Source: Magallana gigas (lineage: Eukaryota). Taken from it: a stretch of 64,000 nucleotides of DNA. The stretch is taken from positions 13,764,001-13,828,000 of the forward strand of contig NC_088855.1 of the NCBI RefSeq assembly GCF_963853765.1, in the 5' to 3' direction. A program made the position numbers and the translations under genes. A model generated the notes under the pieces. The model ran no database searches and had not been told where the DNA came from. It worked only from the letters and a program-made list of their open reading frames with translations. Within the stretch, counting starts at the first letter, position 1. Every line of letters begins with the position of its first letter. Of this stretch, positions 50,651 to 62,318 are shown one piece after another.

Positions 50651-51259
50651 ACTTAAGCCTATAAATTGTCATCAGAATAGGAAATTCCAACTTTCTGGGT
50701 AGGCCAAATTTTACTCAAGTGGTGGCCATTCTACACATGTAACCGAAGAGGGAGTATTAATAAACTCTCCTTCTGTATGTATATAAAAATAATTGTTTAC
50801 ATTGTACCTGTTGTAATTAAGTCTCCCAAAAGAAGTTTGGAGACATTGTTTTTGAAAGCGTTTTCTTCTTTTTCTTCTTTCTTGCCTCTGAACTTGTCCA
50901 TCGCTTTTCTCAGAGATGGCTGCATGAACAGAGTTGTACACAACTCTAGATCTAGAATATGATAGGCCTGCATACCCTGTTTTAAATTTTAAATTTATTG
51001 TTTTTAAATTGGGGTTGGGCAACCATAGTTTTGGGGGTCAAATAGGGGTGGGGTCTAACACTGAATCCGTAGGGAAAAATTATACACTATATTGTAAATG
51101 GTTATCACTTGAAAACCGTTAAAGATATTGACATGGATTTTTCAAATGCTAAATATATTGAGTGTTAATTATGGTCAATACATGGTACATTATAGATATG
51201 ATCTCTGGGGACTATATATATTCCCCAACCCCGAGGTTTGGGAAATTACTTAATATTTA

Positions 51260-51745
51260 AAAAACCGTGACTCCTCACCCCTAAACCATATAAATTCTTG
51301 TTCCTTGTGTAATGGGGCATCATATGGTACATTGTATATAGGTTATGGCCATATGGGGGTGGTTCCGTCTACCCCTGAAACAGGAAGTGCCCTAATTAAA
51401 ATATCTCATTAAATTCCCATGAGATCCCCAACCCCAAACTACTTATATATATTCTTGTTCTTTGTGATAATGGGCATTAAATGGTATGTAGGTTATGGGC
51501 CCTGGGGGTTGTCCTGACCCCCATTGAACAGGAAGTGTCCAAATATCTCGAAAACGGTTGAGATCCCCACCCCTAAACCAAATAAATTCTTGTTCCTTGT
51601 GTCAAGGAACATCAAATAGTATATAGGTCATGGGCCCCAAGGGTGGTTATGACCCCCCCCCCCCCTTTTGAACAGGAAGTGCCCAAATATCTTGAAAACA
51701 GTTGAGATCCCTGCCCATAAATCATATATATTCTTCTTCCTTGGG
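51260..51745. repeat. Tandem array of 135-157-bp units (satellite-like, probably the core of a Helitron-type element)
   Basis: AACAGGAAGTG at 51379, 51527, 51671; TTCTTGTTC-like motif at 51295, 51452, 51587, 51731. Confidence 0.75.
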
Positions 51746-52914
51746 TCATGCCGGTTCACCTGATGTAAAGTATCAAATCAAATCATATCAATCAATCAAA
51801 ATTTAAAACAAAAATGAGTCTCCTTGCAGCAGTGAAAAGTAAGAGTTTATAGGTTTACATAAACAGAAATATTTTCATTAATATTCAATAGAATTGGTAA
51901 TTTTTGGTATTTATTTTCTCAGAATTTGTTAAATCTTATTGTTATAAGCTCTATTAAGTCATTTCAAGAAGAATATGTTATTGTTGGTACATATAATTTA
52001 GCATGTGTAATTCATAAGATGGATATAATGACATTATGTAATAAATTGATACATTGGTTGTTTGAATATTGCTTTTACTAGACTATATGATCAGACAATT
52101 GAATCATAAGTGTTTAGTTAACCCCAACATACATATCTTTATATTTAGAGGACTTTTTATCCTCTGGGATAAAATATCCCAACATGGTCATTCATAGGAT
52201 TTTAAATCCTATCATAGCCTTTTATAGGATTAATTATCCTATCAACACCAAAGATGGGAGAAAAAATCCCACAGGAGTTTATATCCCACAAAGATTTTTT
52301 TCTCCCATGGGATTTTGGTGGGGTTTGAGATGGGATGAAAAATCCCACCAAAATCCCATGGGATTTTGATATTTGAGAGACAATTATAAGGAAACTAGAG
52401 CAATGTGTACATTCATGCTGACATGATAGGATCAAAGTAAAATGTCCCACCAAGATATATAAACAAAAGTAAGCTATGTCCAACGGAAATGGTAGCTAAA
52501 AGCCCGGACCTTGTCATGTCTGGACTTAAATGTCGCACTGTTAATAACTTTGTAAAATACATCGGTACCATCTTAAAATCATTTAAATTTATTTATACAG
52601 TTTGAAAGAAAAATAACATTTTTATGATGTAAAAAGAACCTTGGAAGCTGAGGATCGGAGAACATTAAATTATTTTTCTACAAAATCTCAATCTCAGACA
52701 TAACAACTTTATTTTATTCTATAATGCAAGCAGGTACATGTTTGTCTTTTTATAATGCTAAACAGCATATGAGTATATGAAAAAAAGCACACAAACAATA
52801 AAGAAGAATATTCCAACTTAGTACTTCATTGGCACCAATGTCAATATCACAGTCTATTTCAAACCATAAATATAAAAATAATTGCCCTTAGTTGACAACC
52901 AGTGAGTAAGTTTT

Positions 52915-55554
52915 TTAAACAATGACTTCCCTCGTTTTCCGTTTACTCGTCAGTGCTTCTATTAATCTCTGTTTAAATACTCTTCTGGCATTGACTTCAT
53001 CTTCCCATAGTAGAAATTCGTCTCGAGACACTTTCCTTTGCAGCGATTTTGGAATGGATTGATATGGAACACCAAGAACATTAATCACAATGATATCATC
53101 AATGATGTCTTTTAATTTCAACATAACAGCAAGATCAATTTCAAATGTGTGCTGAGCACTAGAAAGATATTTCTTCGTCAAGACGATGATGACTTTTCTG
53201 CTCATTTCAATGTTGTCTGAGATGTTGGAAATCATACTGCTTCCAGGAACAGAGTCCCTGTCGTTAAAATACAACCTAAACTCCCCATTAAATGTTTCTC
53301 CCGGTGACAGCTCTCCGGAGTCTATACCTGGGAGTAAGTTTTCGAGGATCCACTGGTAATCTTCATCAGCATACGATAGATAGGCGTCATATTTCCATCC
53401 ATGTTCACTATTAATTGGCTGATAACCAGCTCTGCTTCGTGGAGCCATGCAGGAGTTTTTCAGACGGTAACACCGATAGAGAATCCACCATCGCTTTCTA
53501 TAGATGAAGACACAGATGATAAGCATAGCAACAGCAGATGCCACGCTAACCCCGATCACAAAATACAGGTTAAACCAAACACAGTTAATTTTAGTCCGAT
53601 CAAATGACAAGAAAGGTTTCCCCTTCCATGCATCTGGGGAATTGCACACGTAATTTTCGACATTTGCAATATTCACCTTGGTTTGGTTTACCCAATCTCG
53701 GAACCATCGAAGGTCGCAAGTGCATGCAAATGGATTGTTGCTCAGGTTCAGCATCTGAAAATTTAGGTTTTGTGAAAGATCTTCCAAGGAAGTTGAATTC
53801 ACCAACGATATAGAATTGTCACTAAGATCTAAGGTTTTGAGCGCAGAAGTTTGTTTGAATAAACCATTGTTCCACCCAGAAATTCTATTGCCCTGCATTG
53901 TTAATGTTTTTAAGGAGCTAAGATCTCTAAACATCGATGTTGGTAGGTTGTGGAGGAAATTCTTTGAAAGACTAAGTGTTTCTAGTTTGTGTAATCCAGC
54001 AAACAAAGTCCCAGAATTGTCACTTCCAATTAGATCTCCAAGATTATTGCCATCAAGTAACAAGTATTTCAGTGACTGCAAGTGTTTGAATGACGACAAT
54101 GGCATTATACTACAGCCGTTATCAGCCAATGAAAGATACAACAAGGACGTCATTGATGAGAAAATGTCTGGTGAATTTTGAACTGTTTTCAAATTGTTCT
54201 TATTTAGTTCGAGGGAAATCAGCCTTCCGAATGGAGCAAACAGTTCTGCGGCTAGACTACTTATACTATTGGAAACCAAATGCAGTTTTTGTAGGCTGAC
54301 CAAACCATTGAAAGCCAATTTGTTTACCTCAGAAATTTTGTTGGCACCCAGGTAAAGGTTTTTCAACGATACTAGATTCACGAATGAATTTTCACCAAGA
54401 GCAATGATTTGATTTCCATTGAGATATAGTATATTCAGCGATGATGGAAGATTTGTGGGAACTTTGTCCAAATAGTTGTCTGCAAGGTTCAAATTGGTGA
54501 GAAAGTGGAGTCCTGCAAAAGTGTCGTTGGCAATTGTCTGAATCTTGCAGCCCTTCAAGTCGATCTGCTCTAGCCTTTTTAAAGTGGCAAATGCACGACT
54601 AGGAAGTTGATTGATTTTGTTATTACTCATAAGCAATTGCTTCAGTACTGTTCCATTAAGAAGTGCAAATGTGGAAGAGGGCAATTGTCCTCCAAGTTGA
54701 AGTCTTGCTATATTAAGTGAGCTAAGCGAGGAGGATTTGAGACCTTCTAATCCAATTTTAAGTTTAGGAGCCGTTAAATGATTTTGGCTGATTGTAAGAG
54801 ACACAAGTTTTGTTAAAGGCAGAAAAGCTTCCTTGGAAATGTCAGTTATTTTATTTCTCGATAACTCCAACTTTCTGACGGGACAATTTTGCAGACTCTG
54901 AAAAGTTTCCTTAGTGAGATTTTCTATGAAATTTGTGCTAAGACCAATTGTTGACAGCAGTGTGCAGTTTTCATAGCTAGTTGGAAATGTTGCGTTCTTT
55001 ACTTTGTTTCCTTGTATGCTGAGCTGCTGTAGTCCAGTAAGAAATGATATCGCTGGAATGTGATCTAAATAGTTTTGTCCTAAATGCAAGAAAGACATCT
55101 TAAAACATTCAACAAATGAACGCGGATTAATATGTGTGATCACGTTATTAGTGAAATAGGTAATATTGAGGTTTGTCATGTTGAAAAATGCATTTTCTTC
55201 CAACGAACTGATGCGATTATTGTCAAGTCGTATCACTTTTAAATTCGGTACACATGTTCCGGTAAATGTCAAACTCTTTATAAAGGAAAGTTTGTTATTC
55301 TGTAGATAAAGTTCCTGCAATTCGGAAAGCCCACAGAGAGAGTTCGGCTCTAGATCAGCAATTTCGTTGTGCTGCAGATACAATTTTTCGACCGTTTTTG
55401 GCAGGTCTGTAGGTATTTTCATCAACCTTTTGCCTTCGCAATTCACCGACGTGAGTAATTTATTGCAAAAGCAGTACGCGGGACATGTATCTGCCCATGC
55501 AACACCAGCTTGCAACAGGCATATGCCGACTAGTAGAACTGGAGTAGTATGCAT
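52915..55554 (-). CDS. Toll-like receptor D, 879 aa, single coding exon, paralog of TLR-C
   Basis: Signal peptide MHTTPVLLVGICLLQAGVAW, CPAYCFC cap, LRRs, NPFACTCDLRWF, TM, TIR (YDAYLSY, DRDSVPG); acceptor TTTCAG|AAG directly before the ATG. Confidence 0.93.
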   Translation of the reverse strand: MHTTPVLLVGICLLQAGVAWADTCPAYCFCNKLLTSVNCEGKRLMKIPTDLPKTVEKLYLQHNEIADLEPNSLCGLSELQELYLQNNKLSFIKSLTFTGTCVPNLKVIRLDNNRISSLEENAFFNMTNLNITYFTNNVITHINPRSFVECFKMSFLHLGQNYLDHIPAISFLTGLQQLSIQGNKVKNATFPTSYENCTLLSTIGLSTNFIENLTKETFQSLQNCPVRKLELSRNKITDISKEAFLPLTKLVSLTISQNHLTAPKLKIGLEGLKSSSLSSLNIARLQLGGQLPSSTFALLNGTVLKQLLMSNNKINQLPSRAFATLKRLEQIDLKGCKIQTIANDTFAGLHFLTNLNLADNYLDKVPTNLPSSLNILYLNGNQIIALGENSFVNLVSLKNLYLGANKISEVNKLAFNGLVSLQKLHLVSNSISSLAAELFAPFGRLISLELNKNNLKTVQNSPDIFSSMTSLLYLSLADNGCSIMPLSSFKHLQSLKYLLLDGNNLGDLIGSDNSGTLFAGLHKLETLSLSKNFLHNLPTSMFRDLSSLKTLTMQGNRISGWNNGLFKQTSALKTLDLSDNSISLVNSTSLEDLSQNLNFQMLNLSNNPFACTCDLRWFRDWVNQTKVNIANVENYVCNSPDAWKGKPFLSFDRTKINCVWFNLYFVIGVSVASAVAMLIICVFIYRKRWWILYRCYRLKNSCMAPRSRAGYQPINSEHGWKYDAYLSYADEDYQWILENLLPGIDSGELSPGETFNGEFRLYFNDRDSVPGSSMISNISDNIEMSRKVIIVLTKKYLSSAQHTFEIDLAVMLKLKDIIDDIIVINVLGVPYQSIPKSLQRKVSRDEFLLWEDEVNARRVFKQRLIEALTSKRKTREVIV

Positions 55555-56248
55555 CTTCTGAAAAACAAACAGACAACAAATATTAAAATGACTATATTTG
55601 ACTGTTATTGTAAAGGCTTTTGTGCGTTATATTATAATTTGACGTTTCACAAACTCTAGGCCCATTAAAAATGTTCTGTCTTTAGTCTTTAGTTATTTTG
55701 TCGCTAAACTTTGCTACACGTCTGATGAATATTAATGTGGTCCGCCATTTATAACGCCACTGCGCATGAGTACGGGAAAACATTGAAACAAGTTTGTTTA
55801 TAAATTACCGAATTGCAAAACCCCAACAACTTCATGATGAAAACTTTGAAAGTTTAATTCGGCTTTAATTCCTACTCCATCAATCTACATGGTCTCCGAT
55901 GACAATCTTCTCTTTATTCCTATCCTTGTCAGTCTGTCTCTTTTTTCTTCATTGCCAAACATGTCAAAACTTAACGGTATACCTATCTTTTTTCGTCGTC
56001 GCCATCGTTGTTGAGAGACCGACATGGATGTCACATAACCCTTTTAAGGCGGAGTTATTCAAATCTTTTGTATTTTTTTTTTTATACCGCGCCGGTAAAA
56101 GATATTTTTTTTTATTTCTTGTATCTTTGTTATGCGAGGGCCTTATAAGGCGTAATTTGTGTGAAAGTCCTATATTTAAGTAAAGAAATGAAGCATATAA
56201 TTAGATCTTATTACTGTTATTCATTAAAAATACCCGACATATACCTTT

Positions 56249-56344
56249 AAACACAACTGTGACTGGGCGAATTTAAGATATGGTGAAACTGTTTGCAAGT
56301 ATAAAAGGGTAAAAAATACATGGGGCAAAAATAACCCTGTAGTA
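56249..56344. mobile_element. Partial copy of MITE family 1
   Basis: AAACACAACTG...GGGCGAATTTAAG...GGGGCAAAAATAACCCTGT matches the right half of 6479-6662. Confidence 0.7.
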
Positions 56345-56719
56345 AACTTAAAGTTTTTTTTTGTTCATACTAAACATATTTCCACTTGGATTCCTTGTTG
56401 TATATTTAGGAGTTTAAAATATATTTTTTGAAAAACATGCATTTTCTCCTTATATGATCAAAGATACTGCGCCAGTGCGGGTCCCAAAGTATGCATCCCC
56501 GCAAGCCATGGGTGGCGACGCAATAGCCAAGGTCGAAGATCCTCGGTGTCTTTGCACTGGCGTCAGAAGCAAATTGAAAGTGGGGGGGGGGGGGGGGGGC
56601 GGGGGTTAGACTGATCCTCAGAAATATTGAGAGAGAAAAAGCCTAATTCCCAAAATCATGAAAATCCTAATCCGCGGGGGGGGGGGGGGGGCTATAATAT
56701 ATACATTTACATAGAAAAT

Positions 56720-56951
56720 AATACGACTTTATTTACGAACAAGTGCGTTGAGAAAAAACAAATTCTTAGAATCTATATTATATTTACCATGAGAATTCAC
56801 TAGGACAAGAGCAAACAAGCAAATTCAAAGGTATAGAGAATACGACTTTATTTACGAACAAGTGCGTTGAGAAAAAACAAATTCTTAGAATCTTTATTAT
56901 ATTTACCATGAGAATTCACTAGGACAAGAGCAAACAAGCAAATTCAAAGGT
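56720..56951. repeat. Tandem duplication, period 119 bp
   Basis: 56720-56832 and 56839-56951 differ at one position (TCTAT vs TCTTT). Confidence 0.9.
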
Positions 56952-57729
56952 GGCCTAATATCGAAGTCTTTAAAAAAAGAACATCTATGTGGAGATTATA
57001 TATATATATGTTTTATGCAAAATAAAGATAAATAGTAAAATATTAACATGTTTTCAATAATTTTACTGATATTAAGTTCTACTAAACAGTAGGAGTGCAT
57101 TTTGATTATATGCTCAGAATCAATTTTTATTTATGGGAATCGTTTATAGAGCTTGAAAAACTTATGTAACAATAAGATCTCGCAGACATCTTTGTTCAGT
57201 CTTGGATAATTTCCAAAACCGCTGTCTACACAACTTATTGCAGAGCACTATCGATTTGCCTACAGATAAAGAACGATGAAAAAATAGCTTGGGAAAACCG
57301 GTTTCGTTTTAGGGTTTTTACATATAAATATCTAATCTATCATTCTACATATAAAAAAAAACACTTCATCAAAACAAATATTAACTTTTCAGCGAAAATA
57401 AATAGATCTGGACCATTATTGAGCAGCCACAAACATACGTGGATCTAGTAGAGGAATTGATTCTTCATGAAAAATTACTTATTATATTCACATAAATTGA
57501 CAAAAATAAGCAAAGGACCCACCTCTCCGAATAATTCATCTGCCCCCCCCCCCCCCCCCCCAACCCCAACCACTTAAAAAAAGAAAATGGATCCACGCAA
57601 AGATAATCAGAGAGATCGAGATAGAGAGAATATCTTTTGTAAAATACTTTGAAAACTTGTAAACTGTAAATCATATTGTATAAATTAAGAGACAGTTGTT
57701 AAATATAACAATTAAATAGCAAATTATTT

Positions 57730-57764
<35 letters not shown>

Positions 57765-60547
57765 AATATTAAAAAAAAAACCACTTGCCATTTTTGATGT
57801 ACTAGAATCACAAATCTTGTCAATATGTGCTCTCGATCTTTATTTTGTGGTCCGTAGCCGGATAATTGATATCATCAGCAGCACTGCAGGTAATAAACGT
57901 GCTGGCGGTGCTGTATATAAAAAAAAAAACAAATTGGCAATGACGTATACAGTATAATATCTGAAAACTTCATTATATAGAATCCTCACTCATAATGTCT
58001 CAACACCTACCTTGAGATCGAGTCCTTGGAAACTGTTTAACACAATTAAAATTGGCTCCTTTTTAGTCGGTGTTGCAATGAGTCAAACGGGAAATCCTGA
58101 CCTAATTTAATAACAGCTGCCGTTTTCTGAAAATATATCTACAGGTATTTTCAAAATATAATGAATGCATTTTTATAAGATTATTATAATACTTCAAAGA
58201 ATGAGTTATCAAACAAATTTTGTGATCTAGCTGAAGAATACGGTTTTTTTTTTACAAAACTTTTAAATTTTTTTAAAAAGATACTGAAAATAAACATTTA
58301 TAAATGTTCCACAGGAAATTTGAAGCCATGTTTTGCTTTATTTTAGATACACTCTGTATTTTTCCACGTACCGTCTCTACTTTCATTTTATTCGCTACTG
58401 TACGGAAGCCGGTTAATACAATACAAAATAAAAATATCTAGCCGCCAGATGTCACCACTAAATTGCGCTCACCAGATAAAATTTCGGTAACTGTTTCACG
58501 GACTCAATTGCTTCATGTGGTGTATTGGATTCTTCAACTCGTTTTAATTATATTGAAAAGCCAGTGTTTAAATTTTTTTTTCATCTAGCACCAACCGGAT
58601 TTCGTAATAATGCTCTAAAAATATGTGGGCTACCAAATGTAAATAAAGGCCAACTGGAAAGACCTAAATATTATCAACAGGAAAACCTGAATTTAATATT
58701 GAATGCATCGACAATATGGTATTTAAAAAATTGGTTTTTTTTTATTTGATCTAAGCCATTTGTGGAGTAATTTCTGTGTATAAATAGAATTTTTAATTTG
58801 CATCGTATAATGTATTTCTGTATACAACTCGCATGGAAAACTTTTCAAATCGAAAGTGTAGATGCTTTTAAAATAAAATGAAGAAGAACAAATATTGCAA
58901 CCTTAGACTTGCAATATAACTACGGCATTCATTTCATAACTATGCTGAAGTTACATGTAGCAGCCATTTACAGCCATGTTAAGCCCGTGGTAATTATTCA
59001 TCAAAGAACTGAAAGTACAAAGCTGTCAAATTATTTCATTGATAACTTATGACAATTGATGCAGAGATATTTTGCACTTCAAATGACGAATTCGGTGACA
59101 GACATGTAGATAGCTGTGCATGGTGCCGAGGAAGTGGCATTTCAGGTTTACATGTCATGCCTGGTCCAGGATTTTTTTTCTGTGGGAGGGGGATAGGTCC
59201 GAGACCTTTTTTTCCGTAAATTTCATAATTTGAATTTTTCTGAACCCCAGCCCTAGATCCGCGCAACCCTGTTTCGATATTTGATTTCATAATATATAAT
59301 AACTAACGTTTTGTATTTTCTGAGAGAAAGCTAATTTAAAATTGATCAGCACACTTTAAAACACGCTCACTAGAACATCCCAGGTTGAAAATTATTTTTA
59401 TCTTAATCAACTGTTTTAAAACAAAAATATTTAAGAAGACATCTAGCTTTTTTAAAACTTGTTTCGGTAATAAAAACACTCCTTAACTATACTTAGTGCA
59501 ATAAAATAATTTTATATTAAGTTTATTTTCATATTTTCAGTAGCCTTACGACGAATTTAATGAAATTTATCTTTTTATAATGAAACATACATTGCATAAC
59601 AAATAACTTTTCAAGAAAGACTTACTTTAAACGACCCACTTAATCAAATAAAACACTTTACAAAAGTTATGTCCCTTGGTCGCCATCTTTGGGGAAAAAC
59701 CCATATATTTCTCACAGTAGTAGTTTAGAGGGTTGTAACTTCGTCATTTGACATTAAAAATCCGTTTCCGCTGTGAATTTTAATTGCCCCAAGTTGGGGC
59801 AACCCACACATCGAAGGAATAAATCATATCCCAAGAGATTTCTTCAGAGGACGCCCAAATATTTGGTTGCTTAAAGAAGGGAAAAGTTGCCTTTTCCCTT
59901 TTGACCTTTGGGTTGACCCCGCAAAGGGGAACAACTTTTGCAAAGTGTTGATTGGACTGTTTACCCCCTGCTTTCAAAACAGATCGATTGACACAACCGT
60001 ATAAACATTTACTCGGAACTCTACACTATAGGTTACTTACCTTGTTACATTCCATTCAAAAGATATGAACTTTTATTTTGAGGAAAATTTATATGCGCTG
60101 TGTAAATTTGTACACGAGATCATGATTATAAAAACAATGTACTAATAACCCCAATGTGAAATTAACAAGAAAATCCAGAATGTATGCCTATTTATAGACA
60201 TTGTTTACATGTTGCCATAGCAGGTATAAGGTGGTCTCGTAGAACTTGCATTTTCGTACCGGTTGTATCGCCCTAAAATTCAAAATTTTATTTACAGTTT
60301 GAGTAGAATAGGACGAGTTAATCGAATATTTTAAAAATATATAAATCTGTTTATTAATGGCCTGACAATCAATAAGTTTTTGAACGTAAATACACGTTAT
60401 CAATCGTTTAATCGGTAAAAAAAAGTTACAGGGAAAATGTTTCAATATGAATCATCATGTTATTATTTTCTGCAGAATTAACTTATAATTATAAACAAGT
60501 TTAATACGATAAATAAAAAATGTATATATTTCTAGGATCTTGATGAA

Positions 60548-61560
60548 GTGATTTGGGAATTCTTCCTGCAACAAGAACAAAACTCTAATCCTGATAATAG
60601 AGCAGATAATGAAGAAACAATTTTCCCCGAATTGATAGAATCTGAAGAAGAGTTCTTTAGCAGACTTGCGTCAAATTTTTCGCAAGATCATGAAGATGAG
60701 TTACAAGAATGTGCCAGGTTTAGTGAAGATTCTGATTTGAATGGTGTTAGAGATAAAAATTTCAAGTGGTTGTTCTTGTCATTTTAATTGTTTTGACAAA
60801 ATTCAATATGAAGAAATTAAAGATGATATACTTACTATGCAAGCACTTACTAGAGACGAAAAAGACATGTACATTATGGGAAAGCTAAAATGTAGAAATA
60901 CTGGTATGGACGCCAGCGACAAAAAACGCCAGCGATGCATATAGTCATATAGTTTTGCTGATAGAGAGGTCTGTAAAGTAGCTTTCCTTATCATACATGA
61001 TCTTGGCGAAAAGCAGCTAAAAAATTTGTTGAAACATCTGAAAATGAATGGACCGTTTCCTAGGAACCATGGCAACAAAGGAAGAAATCCGAAGCATGCC
61101 CTTTCATTTCTTGACATCAAAAGGGTGGTGAGTTTCATTATACGCTATCGTGAGGAATACGCCGGTTTCCTCTTCCAGCAGTGCCCCATGGAAATGCATC
61201 TGTCGAAAATCCAGTCCTTCTGCCAGCATCCTCAACTAAAATTGATACCCATACTAGATATCAATCTGTTTGTGAGGAGAGCAATGAAGGATATAACATT
61301 TTTAGAAAAAATTTAAAATTTAGTTTTGCGTGAGTGGCGTTTATGTTCCAATAAACACCAGAACAACATATGAATTTAAATGTTTTACTATCAAAGGTTT
61401 GTAGAACTATCAACGTTTAAGAGCATATGGCTCCAATATGCTCCTCACATCAAAATTGCCTCTCCACGAACTGATGTTTATCCAAAATGCGAATCTCTAA
61501 GATGTAATGTGACAGGCGCTGTCTCAGAGGAGGAAAAACTAACTGCACTGAATGATTATA
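60548..61560 (+). mobile_element. Decayed Sola-type (probably Sola2) transposase, N-terminal part
   Basis: Joined across frameshifts and a stop: GCSCHFNCF, R*SYSFADREVCKVAF, NGPFPRNHGNKGRNPKHA, GFPLPAVP...PVLLPASSTK, STFKSIWLQYAPHIKIASPRTDVYPKC. These match Sola transposase motifs as I recall them. No catalytic region or TIR pair is visible. Confidence 0.6.
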
Positions 61561-61610
61561 AAAGTGATATATTTGATAAGTATATGTGTATTTTATATAT
61601 TAATCCTTAA

Positions 61611-62235
61611 AGCTGCTTGGTCCGATTTTATATCAAATTTTATGCACGCTTTTAAACGATGGCTATGCTTAGTATATGTATAATAATAGATATTGCAGTA
61701 GTTTTCCCAGTCAATTAAGCCAAAATTCAATGACGAAAAATACGTACAAAATTTGCTAACAAAACAAACGACCGCGTTTGGTACCGCGTTATTTCGCCTC
61801 ATGTTAAATTTCACCCCTGACGACGAGACGGGTATGGTTGTATTACGAATATGACATCGCTTTAAATAAAGGTCGAAAATGTCAGACAAATGATCAGACA
61901 AATTCAAATAAACATGTGTACGTTTTGTTCGCCAATAAATCTAAAGTCTGCTTTCTTTACAGTCGATGCATAGCATGCGGGTTGAATAACCCCAATCATT
62001 CAGGGGACGAAACCATGCGGTTTCCTTTTCTAAACATTCCCATGATGCATTTTGGTTTGTTTTTTCGTTTGCCCAAAGGGACATTATTTTTATTTACCTT
62101 GAATATTTTTTTAACCTTGAAAGGAGATGGATTCTGCTGGTATAAATAGGAGAAAGTCCATAACTTTCTTAGATAAATGATTTGTATGAACAAAATTTTG
62201 ATACTGTAATTACGAAAAAATTGGACCAAGCAGCT
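61611..62235. mobile_element. 625-bp TTAA-flanked MITE (Kolobok-like termini)
   Basis: TTAA|AGCTGCTTGGTCC...GGACCAAGCAGCT|TTAA. Confidence 0.85.
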
Positions 62236-62318
62236 TTAACATTTAAACATATAAGCTATGCTATCGTGAAAGTTGAGAAACTTAATATGGTAAAACCGTC
62301 GGTATTTACATTACTTAC

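Larger units (their letters stand above)
38180..52542. mobile_element. 14.4-kb segment bounded by about 246-bp terminal inverted repeats (unclassified DNA transposon, apparently non-autonomous)
   Basis: 38180-38425 is the reverse complement of 52297-52542 with 4 mismatches by eye; termini AACAGTGCGACATTT...AAATGTCGCACTGTT; AATA on both flanks; subterminal TGGGA/TCCCA motif arrays at both ends. Confidence 0.7.

Noticed and set aside
38239-52483. Near-identical small ORFs at 38239, 38353, 52184 and 52202
   Set aside because: They are translations of the two TIRs, not genes.
38180-52542. Polinton/Maverick or other virus-like identity for the large TIR element
   Set aside because: Size and TIR length fit, but there are no AG-repeat termini, no 6-bp TSD and no polymerase, integrase or capsid ORFs.
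52915-52930. C-terminal EVIV of TLR-D as a PDZ ligand
   Set aside because: The motif is too short and only partly kept in C (EVIA).
20508-55561. Plus-strand ORFs inside the TLR genes that recur between paralogs
   Set aside because: Antisense shadows of LRR codons; they recur because the TLRs are paralogous.
40787-56700. Long G/C homopolymers as G-quadruplex signals
   Set aside because: They are recurrent parts of MITEs and their lengths are unreliable in assemblies.
58442-58460. CTCF-like CCGCCAGATGTCAC
   Set aside because: Mismatch at a core position and located in what looks like a common repeat.
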